From IMG/VR virus record IMGVR_UViG_3300012862_000036, positions 1 to 31,759 of that record: a DNA stretch of 31,759 nt. The stretch is one strand, 5' to 3'. The stretch is from a virus. Lineage: Duplodnaviria > Caudoviricetes. Below the pieces are notes generated by a model that saw only the letters and a program-made list of their open reading frames with translations, was not told where the DNA came from and ran no database searches. Of the stretch, positions 8,941-16,781 are shown piece by piece. A program made the translations under genes and the position numbers. Each line of letters begins with the position of its first letter. Within the stretch, counting starts at the first letter, position 1.

Positions 8941-10260
8941 ATGGGCATTCTCGACTTGATCGGGCTCGGCCGTTCGAAGCCGACGGGCTCCAGGCCGCAG
9001 GCCTCAACAGGCGAAACGGGATATTTCGTCTCGCTCGATGACCCGCGCGCGATCGAATTCCTGCGCGACGGGCTGATGACGGCATCGGGCTTCACGATCA
9101 ATCCCGAGACTGCCCTGCGCAATCCGGCGATGTACCGGGCCTGCAGCCTGATTTCGAACAGCATCGGCATGTTGCCGCTTTCGCTCATCCACAAGGACAC
9201 CAAGAAGCGGGCCTCAGAACACAGCCTCCATCGGGTCTTGCATCGCCGGCCGAATGGATGGCAGAGCGCTTTCGACTTCAGGGCCCTGATGCAGCTGCGC
9301 GCTCTGGTTTTCAAGGACGCCTTTGCACTAATCGTCTGGTCTAAGGACATCCGGACGAACCGAACCAAAGTCGCTCAGATGGTCCCTCTCGATCCGCGGC
9401 GCATGGACGTCAAGTTCCATGACAACTGGACAGTGACCTATGAGTATCAGCCCAAAAGCGGGGCGCGTATCGTCTACCAGGCGAAGGACATCTTTCACCT
9501 CCGCGGTCTGTCGCTTGATGGCATTCACGGAATCTCTCTGGTTGAGCAGGCGCGGGAGGCCATCAGCCTCGCGCTGAGTGCCGAGCTTGCCGCAGGGCGC
9601 ATCTTCAAGAACGGCGCGTTCATCGACGGTGCGTTGAGCACCCCGAATGAGCTCAGCGAAGAGGCATTCGCTAGGCTGAAATCATCCTGGGAAGAACGGT
9701 TCTCAGGTGCCGCAAATGCGGGCAAGACGCCGTTGCTGGAAGGCGGCACTGAATACAAGACATATGGCTCCACAGCCAAAGACGCGCAGATGAATGAGCT
9801 GCGCAAGCTTCAAGTCGAGGAAATCGGGCGCGTGACCGGCGTGCCGCGCCCTCTGCTCATGGTCGATGAAACGAGCTGGGGTTCGGGCATCGAGGCACTC
9901 GGCCAATTCTTTGTCGCCTACGCCCTGGGGCCTTGGTTCGAGGCGTGGCAGCAGGCGATCGAGCGGTCGCTGCTCTCCGACGAGGAAGCCGACGTCTACG
10001 AGGCAAAATTCAATCCAGGCGCGCTCCTGCGCGGCTCGCTGAAAGACCAGGCTGACTATTTCGCAAAGGCAATGGGGGCCGGCGGGCATCAGCCATGGAT
10101 GCACTATGACGAAGTCCGCGAGACGATGGACCTGCCAGAGCGGGAGGCGCCGCCGCATCCAATGATGGGTCACAACGGAGGCCCGCCATTGGAAGCAGAT
10201 CCCGATCCGGCGCCGCCAACGAAGAAGAAAGCCAAGAAGGAGACTGACGATGACGAATAA
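8941..10260 (+). CDS. Portal protein, HK97 family
   Basis: ALRNPAMYRACSLIS..IGMLPL, PNGWQSAFDF, IFHLRG.SLDG..G.S, NAGK..LLEGG, EEIGRVTGVP. Confidence 0.95.
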   Translation: MGILDLIGLGRSKPTGSRPQASTGETGYFVSLDDPRAIEFLRDGLMTASGFTINPETALRNPAMYRACSLISNSIGMLPLSLIHKDTKKRASEHSLHRVLHRRPNGWQSAFDFRALMQLRALVFKDAFALIVWSKDIRTNRTKVAQMVPLDPRRMDVKFHDNWTVTYEYQPKSGARIVYQAKDIFHLRGLSLDGIHGISLVEQAREAISLALSAELAAGRIFKNGAFIDGALSTPNELSEEAFARLKSSWEERFSGAANAGKTPLLEGGTEYKTYGSTAKDAQMNELRKLQVEEIGRVTGVPRPLLMVDETSWGSGIEALGQFFVAYALGPWFEAWQQAIERSLLSDEEADVYEAKFNPGALLRGSLKDQADYFAKAMGAGGHQPWMHYDEVRETMDLPEREAPPHPMMGHNGGPPLEADPDPAPPTKKKAKKETDDDE

Positions 10261-11200
10261 GCCATCCGTCCGGCCTGGTCGTCCAGGCGCAACAATAATC
10301 GGCAGCTCCGTTTCGCGTCCGTCTGGTCCGATGTTCGGGAAGCCCATGAACAAAGCTCGTCCAGGTGCACTGCCGGTGCCTGCGAACCGTGACGTTCACG
10401 CGTTCACCACGCCCCAGGTGATGGACAAGTGGGCTGCCGACGCGGCGGGCGTGCGCGCGCTGTCGCGCAACGACAATGTCATCACCATGTTCGACATTAT
10501 CGGCGAGGACTTCTGGACTGGTGGCGGTATCACGGCCAAGAAGGTAGCCAGCCAGTTGCGTGCCATCGGCGACCGTCCAGTGGAGTGCCAAATCAACTCA
10601 CCGGGTGGCGACGTCTTCGAGGGGATCGCGATCTACAACGTGTTGCGCGAGCATCCACAGGCCGTCACGATCAAGATCATGGGCATGGCGGCTTCGGCCG
10701 CATCCATCATCGCCATGGCGGGTGACACGATCGAAATCGGCGCGGCCTCGTTTCTGATGATCCACAACACCTGGGTCGTCGCGGCCGGCAATCGTCACGA
10801 CATGCGCGAGACGGCAGACTGGCTCGAGCCTTTCGATACGGCACTCGTCGAGGTCTATGCCGCCCGTACAGGGCAGGAAAAGACCAAGATTGCGAAGTGG
10901 ATGGACGACGAGACCTTCATGTCGGGCTCAATGGCCATCGAGCGCGGCTTCGCCGATGCACTGCTGCCCGCGGACACCATGACCGTCGACGAGAATGCCA
11001 AGGCCGAAGACCGCAAGGTCAACGAGCTGCGGGCACTCGAACTCACTCTCGTATCGGCTGGCCGTTCGCGCACGGAAGCGCGCGCCAGCATCAACAAGAT
11101 CAAGGGCACGCCCGGCGCTGCCGTTGAGGATGGCACGCCAGGCGCTGCCGACGACTACTCCGGCCTAGCCGGGCTTCTCGCCTCTTTCCAAGCAAAATAG
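10250..11200 (+). CDS. ClpP-like head maturation protease
   Basis: INSPGGDVFEGIAIYN, GMAASAASIIAMAGD, LMIHN, DETFMS..AIERGFAD; AGGAG RBS. Confidence 0.93.
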   Translation: MTNKPSVRPGRPGATIIGSSVSRPSGPMFGKPMNKARPGALPVPANRDVHAFTTPQVMDKWAADAAGVRALSRNDNVITMFDIIGEDFWTGGGITAKKVASQLRAIGDRPVECQINSPGGDVFEGIAIYNVLREHPQAVTIKIMGMAASAASIIAMAGDTIEIGAASFLMIHNTWVVAAGNRHDMRETADWLEPFDTALVEVYAARTGQEKTKIAKWMDDETFMSGSMAIERGFADALLPADTMTVDENAKAEDRKVNELRALELTLVSAGRSRTEARASINKIKGTPGAAVEDGTPGAADDYSGLAGLLASFQAK

Positions 11201-11209
11201 GAGCTTCAA

Positions 11210-12478
11210 ATGAAGCACTCTACCGCGCTCGCCCTTTTGGCGGGCTCGACGGCGCTTGCCCCTGTGCCCCGCGCAGTCTCCATCATGCCTCGTGCCGACA
11301 GCACCGACCCGAAGGCGATGATCGCCGCAGTCCAGAACGCCTTCAACGAGTTCAAGGCGGCGAACGATGAGCGCATCGCCAAGGGCGAAAAGGCGGATGT
11401 GCTGCTCAACGAAAAGGTCGACCGCATCAATGCTTCGATCGATGGTTTCCAGAGCGTCATCGACGATCTCAATGCCAAGATCGCCGCAGCCGGTGTCGGC
11501 GCCGGCGTGATCGGGGACCTTCCCGCCGACCCCGAGTATGTCGCCGCCTTCAAGGCGCATATGCGCAAGGGTGATGTCCAGGCCGCGATGACCAAGGGCA
11601 CAGATGCCGATGGTGGTTATCTGGCCCCGGTCGAGTGGGACCGCAGCATCACCGGCAAGCTCAAGCTGGTCTCGCCGATCCGAGCGCATGCTCGCGTGAT
11701 CACCACCACTGTGTCGGGCTTCAAGCGGCTCTATACCGACCGCGCTGTCGGTTCGGGCTGGGTCGGGGAGACCGCGTCGCGCCCAGCCACGAGCACGCCG
11801 CAGTTCGGGTCGCTGGATTTCCCCTTGGGCGAAATCTATGCAAACCCCGCGATCTCGCAGCAGCTCCTGGACGATTCTGCCATCGATCTCGAAGCCTGGC
11901 TGGGCGACGAGGTGGATACCGAGTTTGCACGCCAGGAAGGCATTGCTTTCCTCTCGGGCAATGGCACCAACAAGCCCCACGGCATCCTGACCTATGTCGA
12001 GGGCGCCGCGAATGCCGCTCGCCATCCCTGGGGCGCCATCAAGGTCGTCAATTCCGGCAATGCCAACCTGCTCACGGCTGATGCCTTCATCGACCTCTTT
12101 TACGATCTGCCTGGTGAATACAAGGCCAATGCCAAGCTGTTCACCAGCCGAGGTGCCCAGGCAGCGGCTCGCAAGCTGAAGGACGGCCAGAACAATTACC
12201 TGTGGCAGCCCAGCTTCGCCCAGGGCCAGCCGGCCACCATCGGCGGCGAACCGGTCGTCGAGATCCCTGACATGCCGGGGGTATCGGCGGGCAATATCGC
12301 GGCGCTCTATGGCGACATGCAGAAGACCTACCTTGTCGTCGATCGTGTGGGCATCCGCGTCCTGCGCGACCCCTTCACCAACAAGCCCTTCGTGCACTTC
12401 TACACCACGAAGCGCGTCGGTGGCGGCGTCGACAACCCCGATACGATGCGGGCGCTCAAGATCGCCGCCAACAGCTGA
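11210..12478 (+). CDS. Major capsid protein, HK97 fold
   Basis: Coiled N-terminal delta domain, DGGYLAP, WVGE, SQQLLDDS, G.GTNKP.GIL, KLKDGQNNYLWQP, KRVGGGV; AGGAG RBS. Confidence 0.95.
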   Translation: MKHSTALALLAGSTALAPVPRAVSIMPRADSTDPKAMIAAVQNAFNEFKAANDERIAKGEKADVLLNEKVDRINASIDGFQSVIDDLNAKIAAAGVGAGVIGDLPADPEYVAAFKAHMRKGDVQAAMTKGTDADGGYLAPVEWDRSITGKLKLVSPIRAHARVITTTVSGFKRLYTDRAVGSGWVGETASRPATSTPQFGSLDFPLGEIYANPAISQQLLDDSAIDLEAWLGDEVDTEFARQEGIAFLSGNGTNKPHGILTYVEGAANAARHPWGAIKVVNSGNANLLTADAFIDLFYDLPGEYKANAKLFTSRGAQAAARKLKDGQNNYLWQPSFAQGQPATIGGEPVVEIPDMPGVSAGNIAALYGDMQKTYLVVDRVGIRVLRDPFTNKPFVHFYTTKRVGGGVDNPDTMRALKIAANS

Positions 12479-12496
12479 CCGCTGCCACCAAGCCTA

Positions 12497-12523
12497 AAGG
12501 CCGGCGGGTGGTCTGCCGGCCTT
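12497..12523 (+). terminator. Stem-loop downstream of the capsid gene
   Basis: AAGGCCGGCGG-gtggt-CTGCCGGCCTT; weak U-tail, so it may be a stability element. Confidence 0.45.
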
Positions 12524-12549
12524 CATCAGACCATTTTGGAGTTATGGAC

Positions 12550-12840
12550 ATGACCATGACAAAGACCAGCGGCCCGGCAAAGACAGCCGCAAAGGCCAAG
12601 GCACCGGCGTCGAAATCGGCCGGTAATGTATCGTCAGCTTCTGCATCGCAGTTCGAGGCGTCCGGTGCTCCGGCGCAGACCGCTGGCATTCCTGCAGGTC
12701 ATGCGGCGCTCGACACCGATCCCCGCGCCGACACCTCGGCGGACCAGAACCGGATCGACTTCAACGATCCGAACAAGTCCGGCAGCGAGGCCGTCGCCGA
12801 AAACCTGGCCGACATCGAAAAGTCTGCCGTCGACAAGTAG
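12550..12840 (+). CDS. Small Ala/Lys/Ser-rich hypothetical head-region protein
   Basis: GGAG RBS at 12538-12541; low-complexity N-terminus and C-terminal DPRA.T...NRIDFNDP segment; start could be 12544-12556. Confidence 0.7.
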   Translation: MTMTKTSGPAKTAAKAKAPASKSAGNVSSASASQFEASGAPAQTAGIPAGHAALDTDPRADTSADQNRIDFNDPNKSGSEAVAENLADIEKSAVDK

Positions 12841-12851
12841 CTGCAGTAACT

Positions 12852-12878
12852 AGCGACCCGGCCCTTTGTCGGGTCGCT
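12852..12878 (+). terminator. Intergenic stem-loop
   Basis: AGCGACCCGGC-ccttt-GTCGGGTCGCT; no U-tail. Confidence 0.35.
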
Positions 12879-12892
12879 GCTCGGAGAAGCGC

Positions 12893-13492
12893 ATGTCCCT
12901 TCGCGTGATTGATGGACCGGCACCGATCGCCGTCCCTGCCGACATTCCAGGCGACCACGATCCGGCCGATACGCGTGTCGCCGCCCTTATCGCCGGGGTT
13001 CAGGCCGTGATCGACGGGCCGACGGGATGGCTCAGACGATCGCTCGGAGAACAGACGATCGCATTGTCAGTGCCCAGTTGGCAGCGGGCGATAGGACTGC
13101 CCTGCGGGCCCGTCGTCGTAATTGACAGTGTTGCCTATCGGGACAGGCTTGGGGAGGAGCAGACCGTTGATCAGTCGCTCTACCGTTGCTCGGATAACCG
13201 GTGCCTGTTCGGAACCGGTTTCTCGTTTCCCGCCGTCGAGTGCGCCGACGACGCGATCACGGTCACATACAAGGCCGGATATGATGCCCAGAAGGTGCCG
13301 GCAAACGCCAAGCAGGCGGTCATTATCGGCGTTCTGCATCTCAAATCCCTAGGGGACCAGAGCCTTTTCCTGCGCGAGGAGGATGTCGAAGGCGTGGGCT
13401 CTACGGTTTATACGGTCTCCGAAGCGGCAACTGCGGTCGTCAAGGCCGCGACAGACATGCTGCTGCAGCCTTTGAAGGTCCGGTCGCTATGA
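12893..13492 (+). CDS. Head-tail connector (gp6-like adaptor)
   Basis: IDGPTGWLRRSL..QT, LPCGPV..IDSV.Y, VTYKAGY...VPA..KQA; GGAG RBS; synteny. Confidence 0.8.
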   Translation: MSLRVIDGPAPIAVPADIPGDHDPADTRVAALIAGVQAVIDGPTGWLRRSLGEQTIALSVPSWQRAIGLPCGPVVVIDSVAYRDRLGEEQTVDQSLYRCSDNRCLFGTGFSFPAVECADDAITVTYKAGYDAQKVPANAKQAVIIGVLHLKSLGDQSLFLREEDVEGVGSTVYTVSEAATAVVKAATDMLLQPLKVRSL

Positions 13493-13797
13493 GCCCGGCG
13501 CAAGCCATTGCGGCGCTTGACCGGCAGCTCGCGCGTCATGGGGAAAGCGTGGTGGTCATTACCGGCACTGCGGAGGCCGGGGTGCGCGCCTTCGTGCGCG
13601 GGTTCAAGCCCGACGAGTTGACCGGGGATATACACCAGGGCGATAGGTCCGTGATCCTGTCGCCCACAGGTCTGAGCTTCGTGCCGGCACGCAACGGTGC
13701 GGTGAAAATCGCGGGCAAGCGGTTCAACGTCGAAAGCGTTGAGACCGTCCGCATGGCCGACGTGATCGTGCGGCACAATCTCGTGGTGCGGGGCTGA
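13489..13797 (+). CDS. Putative head-closure protein
   Basis: Size, beta-rich pattern, VRG C-terminus, coupled overlaps, synteny. Confidence 0.65.
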   Translation: MSPAQAIAALDRQLARHGESVVVITGTAEAGVRAFVRGFKPDELTGDIHQGDRSVILSPTGLSFVPARNGAVKIAGKRFNVESVETVRMADVIVRHNLVVRG

Positions 13798-14438
13798 TGG
13801 GTACGTTCCAGACTTTCGACCGCGACCTGGTGCTGGCGACTGGGCACATGGCGCAGGAAGAGATTTCGCGGGAGCTGGCGCGGTTTGCCAAGGCCGAGCT
13901 GGCCAAGGCGATCGCTTCGGGGCAGGGGACTGCGCACTATACGCGCTATGTGGGCGGCATCGAGGGTGCCGCTGAAGAGACCGTCGATGCACCTGGCCCC
14001 ATTCTTTATCGTTTCGCGTGGTGGGGTGTTGTTGTCGCCGCTGCGCTTGCCGAGCTGGTCAAGCGCAGCCCGGTGCGCAGTGGTATCTACTCTCGATCCT
14101 TCATCGTGCTGGCGGACCAGCAGCGCGTGACAAAGTTCGACGCCATCCCGGCCGAGGCCGAGGTGATCATCTTCAACGCCCAGCCCTATACCCGCAAGAT
14201 CGAGGTGGGTGCCATGCAGATGAGCGTGCCGGACTGGCACTTCTTCGAGGCGCGGAAGGCAATGACGCGGCGGTTCGGCGCCAACGGAGCCTTCCGGTTC
14301 GAAAGCCGATTCCTGACCATCGGCGGCGGGATCGACCCGCGCGTGCCGTATCGGCTGAAACGCAGCTCAGGTCGCCGCCGCGACCGACAGGCCGGGTCGC
14401 CCTTGGCCTATCCCGCCCTGATCATGAACCTGGTGTAG
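13797..14438 (+). CDS. Putative neck/tail-completion protein (HK97 gp10-like)
   Basis: SPVRSG.Y..S and N.QPYTRKIEVG motifs; synteny. Confidence 0.65.
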   Translation: MGTFQTFDRDLVLATGHMAQEEISRELARFAKAELAKAIASGQGTAHYTRYVGGIEGAAEETVDAPGPILYRFAWWGVVVAAALAELVKRSPVRSGIYSRSFIVLADQQRVTKFDAIPAEAEVIIFNAQPYTRKIEVGAMQMSVPDWHFFEARKAMTRRFGANGAFRFESRFLTIGGGIDPRVPYRLKRSSGRRRDRQAGSPLAYPALIMNLV

Positions 14439-14441
14439 CTT

Positions 14442-14852
14442 ATGTCGAGCGCATCCGCCTTCGAGGGCCTCGAGGACTATCTCAAGGCCGAATGGACCGC
14501 CACGCCGATCGTGTTCGAAAACGAAGACTGGCCGCTGGCTGACGACCCGGCTGCCTTCGTTTTCATCGAGATCTTCGGCGACTTTTTCGGCCAGGCCAGC
14601 ATCGGCGCGCCGGGCGAGAATATCTGGCGCGAAGAGGGGCAGATCCGCGCGCATGTGATGGTGGTTAGAAACACCGGCACCAGAGTAGCCAGGCAGTGTG
14701 CGCAGCAGCTGGCTGCATTTTTCCAGGAGGTGGAGGTGGCCGACGGCATCCACTTCTCCGAAATGTCGATCGGCGCCGGCGAACCGGGCGCCGCTGACGG
14801 CAACTATTACCGGATGACCCTGATGGTCGATTGGTACCGCGACAGCATCTGA
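14442..14852 (+). CDS. Putative tail terminator protein
   Basis: W..TPI.FEN, Q.SIG......REEG...HV.V...G pattern; precedes the tail tube gene. Confidence 0.7.
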   Translation: MSSASAFEGLEDYLKAEWTATPIVFENEDWPLADDPAAFVFIEIFGDFFGQASIGAPGENIWREEGQIRAHVMVVRNTGTRVARQCAQQLAAFFQEVEVADGIHFSEMSIGAGEPGAADGNYYRMTLMVDWYRDSI

Positions 14853-14860
14853 AACCGACC

Positions 14861-14884
14861 GGCCCCGAAAGGGGCCTTTTTCTT
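14861..14884 (+). terminator. Intrinsic terminator-like hairpin before the tail tube gene
   Basis: GGCCCC-GAAA-GGGGCC followed by TTTTTCTT. Confidence 0.6.
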
Positions 14885-14897
14885 GAGAGGACCAGCC

Positions 14898-15830
14898 ATG
14901 CCCAATGCAGAGGCCTCCCAGACGCGCCTGGCGATCATCGCCGAGAGTGTCATCGGGACCATCCCCGCCACGCCAACCTGGCAGACCCTGCGCTATGTCA
15001 GTGAGGGGCTGAAATACGCCAAGCAGACGGCCGTTTCGGACGAAATCCGCGGCGATGGCAATGTCACGGATATCAGCGATGTCGGCCGCTCCGTCAGCGG
15101 GCCGCTGGCATTCGAATTGAGCTACGGCACCTATGACCTGATGCTGGAAAGCCTGTTCCGCGGCGCCTGGACCACGAACGTGCTCAAGAACGGCTTCACG
15201 CATAAGAGCGTGGCGCTGGAAAAGACCTTCGAGCAGGGCGCCACCGACAGCTTCATCCGCTATCGCGGGGTGGAAGTCGACACGATGGACCTGCAGATCG
15301 AAAGCCGGCAGATCATCAAGGGGTCGTTCGGCCTGCGCGGCATTGCCAGCCCGGCGCCGACGACGTCGATCATCACCGGGGCGACCTATGCGGCCGCATC
15401 GAGCACGCCGGTCATGAACGCATCGGCCCATGTCGGGGCGCTCAGTATGAGCGGGGTCACCGACCAGCCCAAGTGCAAGACGGTCAACCTGCAGGTGCGA
15501 TCAAACCTCTATGAGAACGACGCGATCGGCGACAAGGATATCGACAGCCTGGGCATGGGCCGGTTCGAGGTGTCGGGCAATCTCGTCGCCTATTTCCGCA
15601 GCCTGGACGTCTACAATGCCATGCAGGCGCATGGCGATGTCGGACTGACGCTGGGGCTCGGCTCGATCAGCGGCTCGAAATATACGCTGGCCCTGCCCAG
15701 GATGAAGCTGCTCGATGGCACGCCGCTCGTCGAGGGTCGCGACCGTTCGGTGATGATCGATGTGCCTTTCCAGGCCATCTATGACGGCTCATCGGCCGCA
15801 ACGGCTACCCTGACCCGGGCGGTGGCATGA
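14898..15830 (+). CDS. Tail tube (major tail) protein
   Basis: E...GT.P......LRY..E.L......SDEIR.D, G...FELSYG..D; GAGG RBS; synteny. Confidence 0.85.
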   Translation: MPNAEASQTRLAIIAESVIGTIPATPTWQTLRYVSEGLKYAKQTAVSDEIRGDGNVTDISDVGRSVSGPLAFELSYGTYDLMLESLFRGAWTTNVLKNGFTHKSVALEKTFEQGATDSFIRYRGVEVDTMDLQIESRQIIKGSFGLRGIASPAPTTSIITGATYAAASSTPVMNASAHVGALSMSGVTDQPKCKTVNLQVRSNLYENDAIGDKDIDSLGMGRFEVSGNLVAYFRSLDVYNAMQAHGDVGLTLGLGSISGSKYTLALPRMKLLDGTPLVEGRDRSVMIDVPFQAIYDGSSAATATLTRAVA

Positions 15831-16009
15831 TGGCCGAGAAGCGCGTTACCGTAGTGCCTGCCGAGGATTTCACCGGCTATCCATTCGGCAAAAAGATGCA
15901 ATTCCGCGCCGGTATCGAAAGCGAGCCCGTGCCTCCGGATTATGCGCAGCTCCTGGCCGATAAGGGGCATCTGCGCAAAGATGCGATCACCGCGGAGAAA
16001 GCAAAATGA
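15827..16009 (+). CDS. Small hypothetical tail-region protein
   Basis: ATGA overlaps at both ends; fills the gap exactly. Confidence 0.65.
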   Translation: MMAEKRVTVVPAEDFTGYPFGKKMQFRAGIESEPVPPDYAQLLADKGHLRKDAITAEKAK

Positions 16010-16425
16010 CGGTCAAGCTGTCCTCCCTTGCTGTCGACCTGGTGCTTGAGGAAAAGGGCGACTGGATCGACTTTCCCGAATGGCCCGGGGTCGCCTTCAA
16101 CGTCTCGTCGATCCACAAGCATGCCTATGCAGCGGCTCGCGATCTTGCGCTGTCGCGCCTGGCCCGCAAATACAAGGGTCAACCCATTCCCGCAGAGGAA
16201 CGGGCCAAGGTGGTCGGCGCGCTCTATGCCCGGCATCTGCTGCATGGCTGGCGCGGCCTCGACGTCGAATATTCTCCGGAAGTTGCGCTTTCGACCCTCC
16301 GCGATCCGGCTTTTCGCCAAGTGGTAAATGCCATCGAATGGTGTGCCAACCAGGTCGGGCAGAGCGAAGCCGAATATCTCGAGGACGAGACGGGAAACTC
16401 CGGCGCGCCTTCCGCCATCAAGTAG
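16006..16425 (+). CDS. Tail assembly chaperone (gpG-equivalent)
   Basis: Between tube and tape measure; LLHGWRGL..EYSPE.A...L.DP; in-frame slippery heptamer near the 3' end. Confidence 0.8.
   Translation: MTVKLSSLAVDLVLEEKGDWIDFPEWPGVAFNVSSIHKHAYAAARDLALSRLARKYKGQPIPAEERAKVVGALYARHLLHGWRGLDVEYSPEVALSTLRDPAFRQVVNAIEWCANQVGQSEAEYLEDETGNSGAPSAIK
16392..16398 (+). other. -1 programmed ribosomal frameshift site G GGA AAC
   Basis: Codons ACG GGA AAC give X XXY YYZ in the chaperone frame; the -1 frame stays open to 16781. Confidence 0.8.
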
Positions 16426-16781
16426 AGCGGCAAGGCGCGGCCGAGTTCGACGACTGGATAGCTGCTGTCGCGGCTGAAGAGGCGGACGACGACCTGCAGT
16501 CCGGATGGTTCGGGGAAGCCGCTCCCGATTTTGAACCGCGCGACTGGCACGGCCTCTACTTCCGGGCCTGGGGCAGGTTGCAGTTTGAGCGCAATTACGG
16601 TGCCTTCGGCGGGGAAACGGGCATCAGCTACCTGGCCTTGAGAGCGTATGCCGAGGCCGAAGGGATCGGGCCGGAGGACTGGCCCGATTTCGAGTACTTC
16701 ATGAGTGCTATCGACGACGAATGGCTGGCTCTACGGGCCGCAAACCGAAAGTCCAAGACAGATGACCGTCCAGCTTCGTGA
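16398..16781 (+). CDS. Frameshift extension of the tail chaperone (gpGT-equivalent C-terminal part)
   Basis: -1 frame encodes LYFRAWGRLQFER.YGAFGG..GISY.A...YA......F......D.EWL, typical of gpT-like segments; no convincing independent start. Confidence 0.75.
   Translation, partial: LRRAFRHQVERQGAAEFDDWIAAVAAEEADDDLQSGWFGEAAPDFEPRDWHGLYFRAWGRLQFERNYGAFGGETGISYLALRAYAEAEGIGPEDWPDFEYFMSAIDDEWLALRAANRKSKTDDRPAS

Noticed and set aside
11105-11150. Near-perfect 19-bp repeat (GTPGAA x2) at the end of the protease gene
   Set aside because: In-frame linker duplication in a low-complexity tail; no sign of another role.
11165-12397. 410-aa minus-strand ORF (similar shadows at 14367-15431, 19301-20407, 23735-24841, 26655-27515)
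   Set aside because: Each lies opposite a well-supported structural gene; typical GC-bias shadow ORFs.
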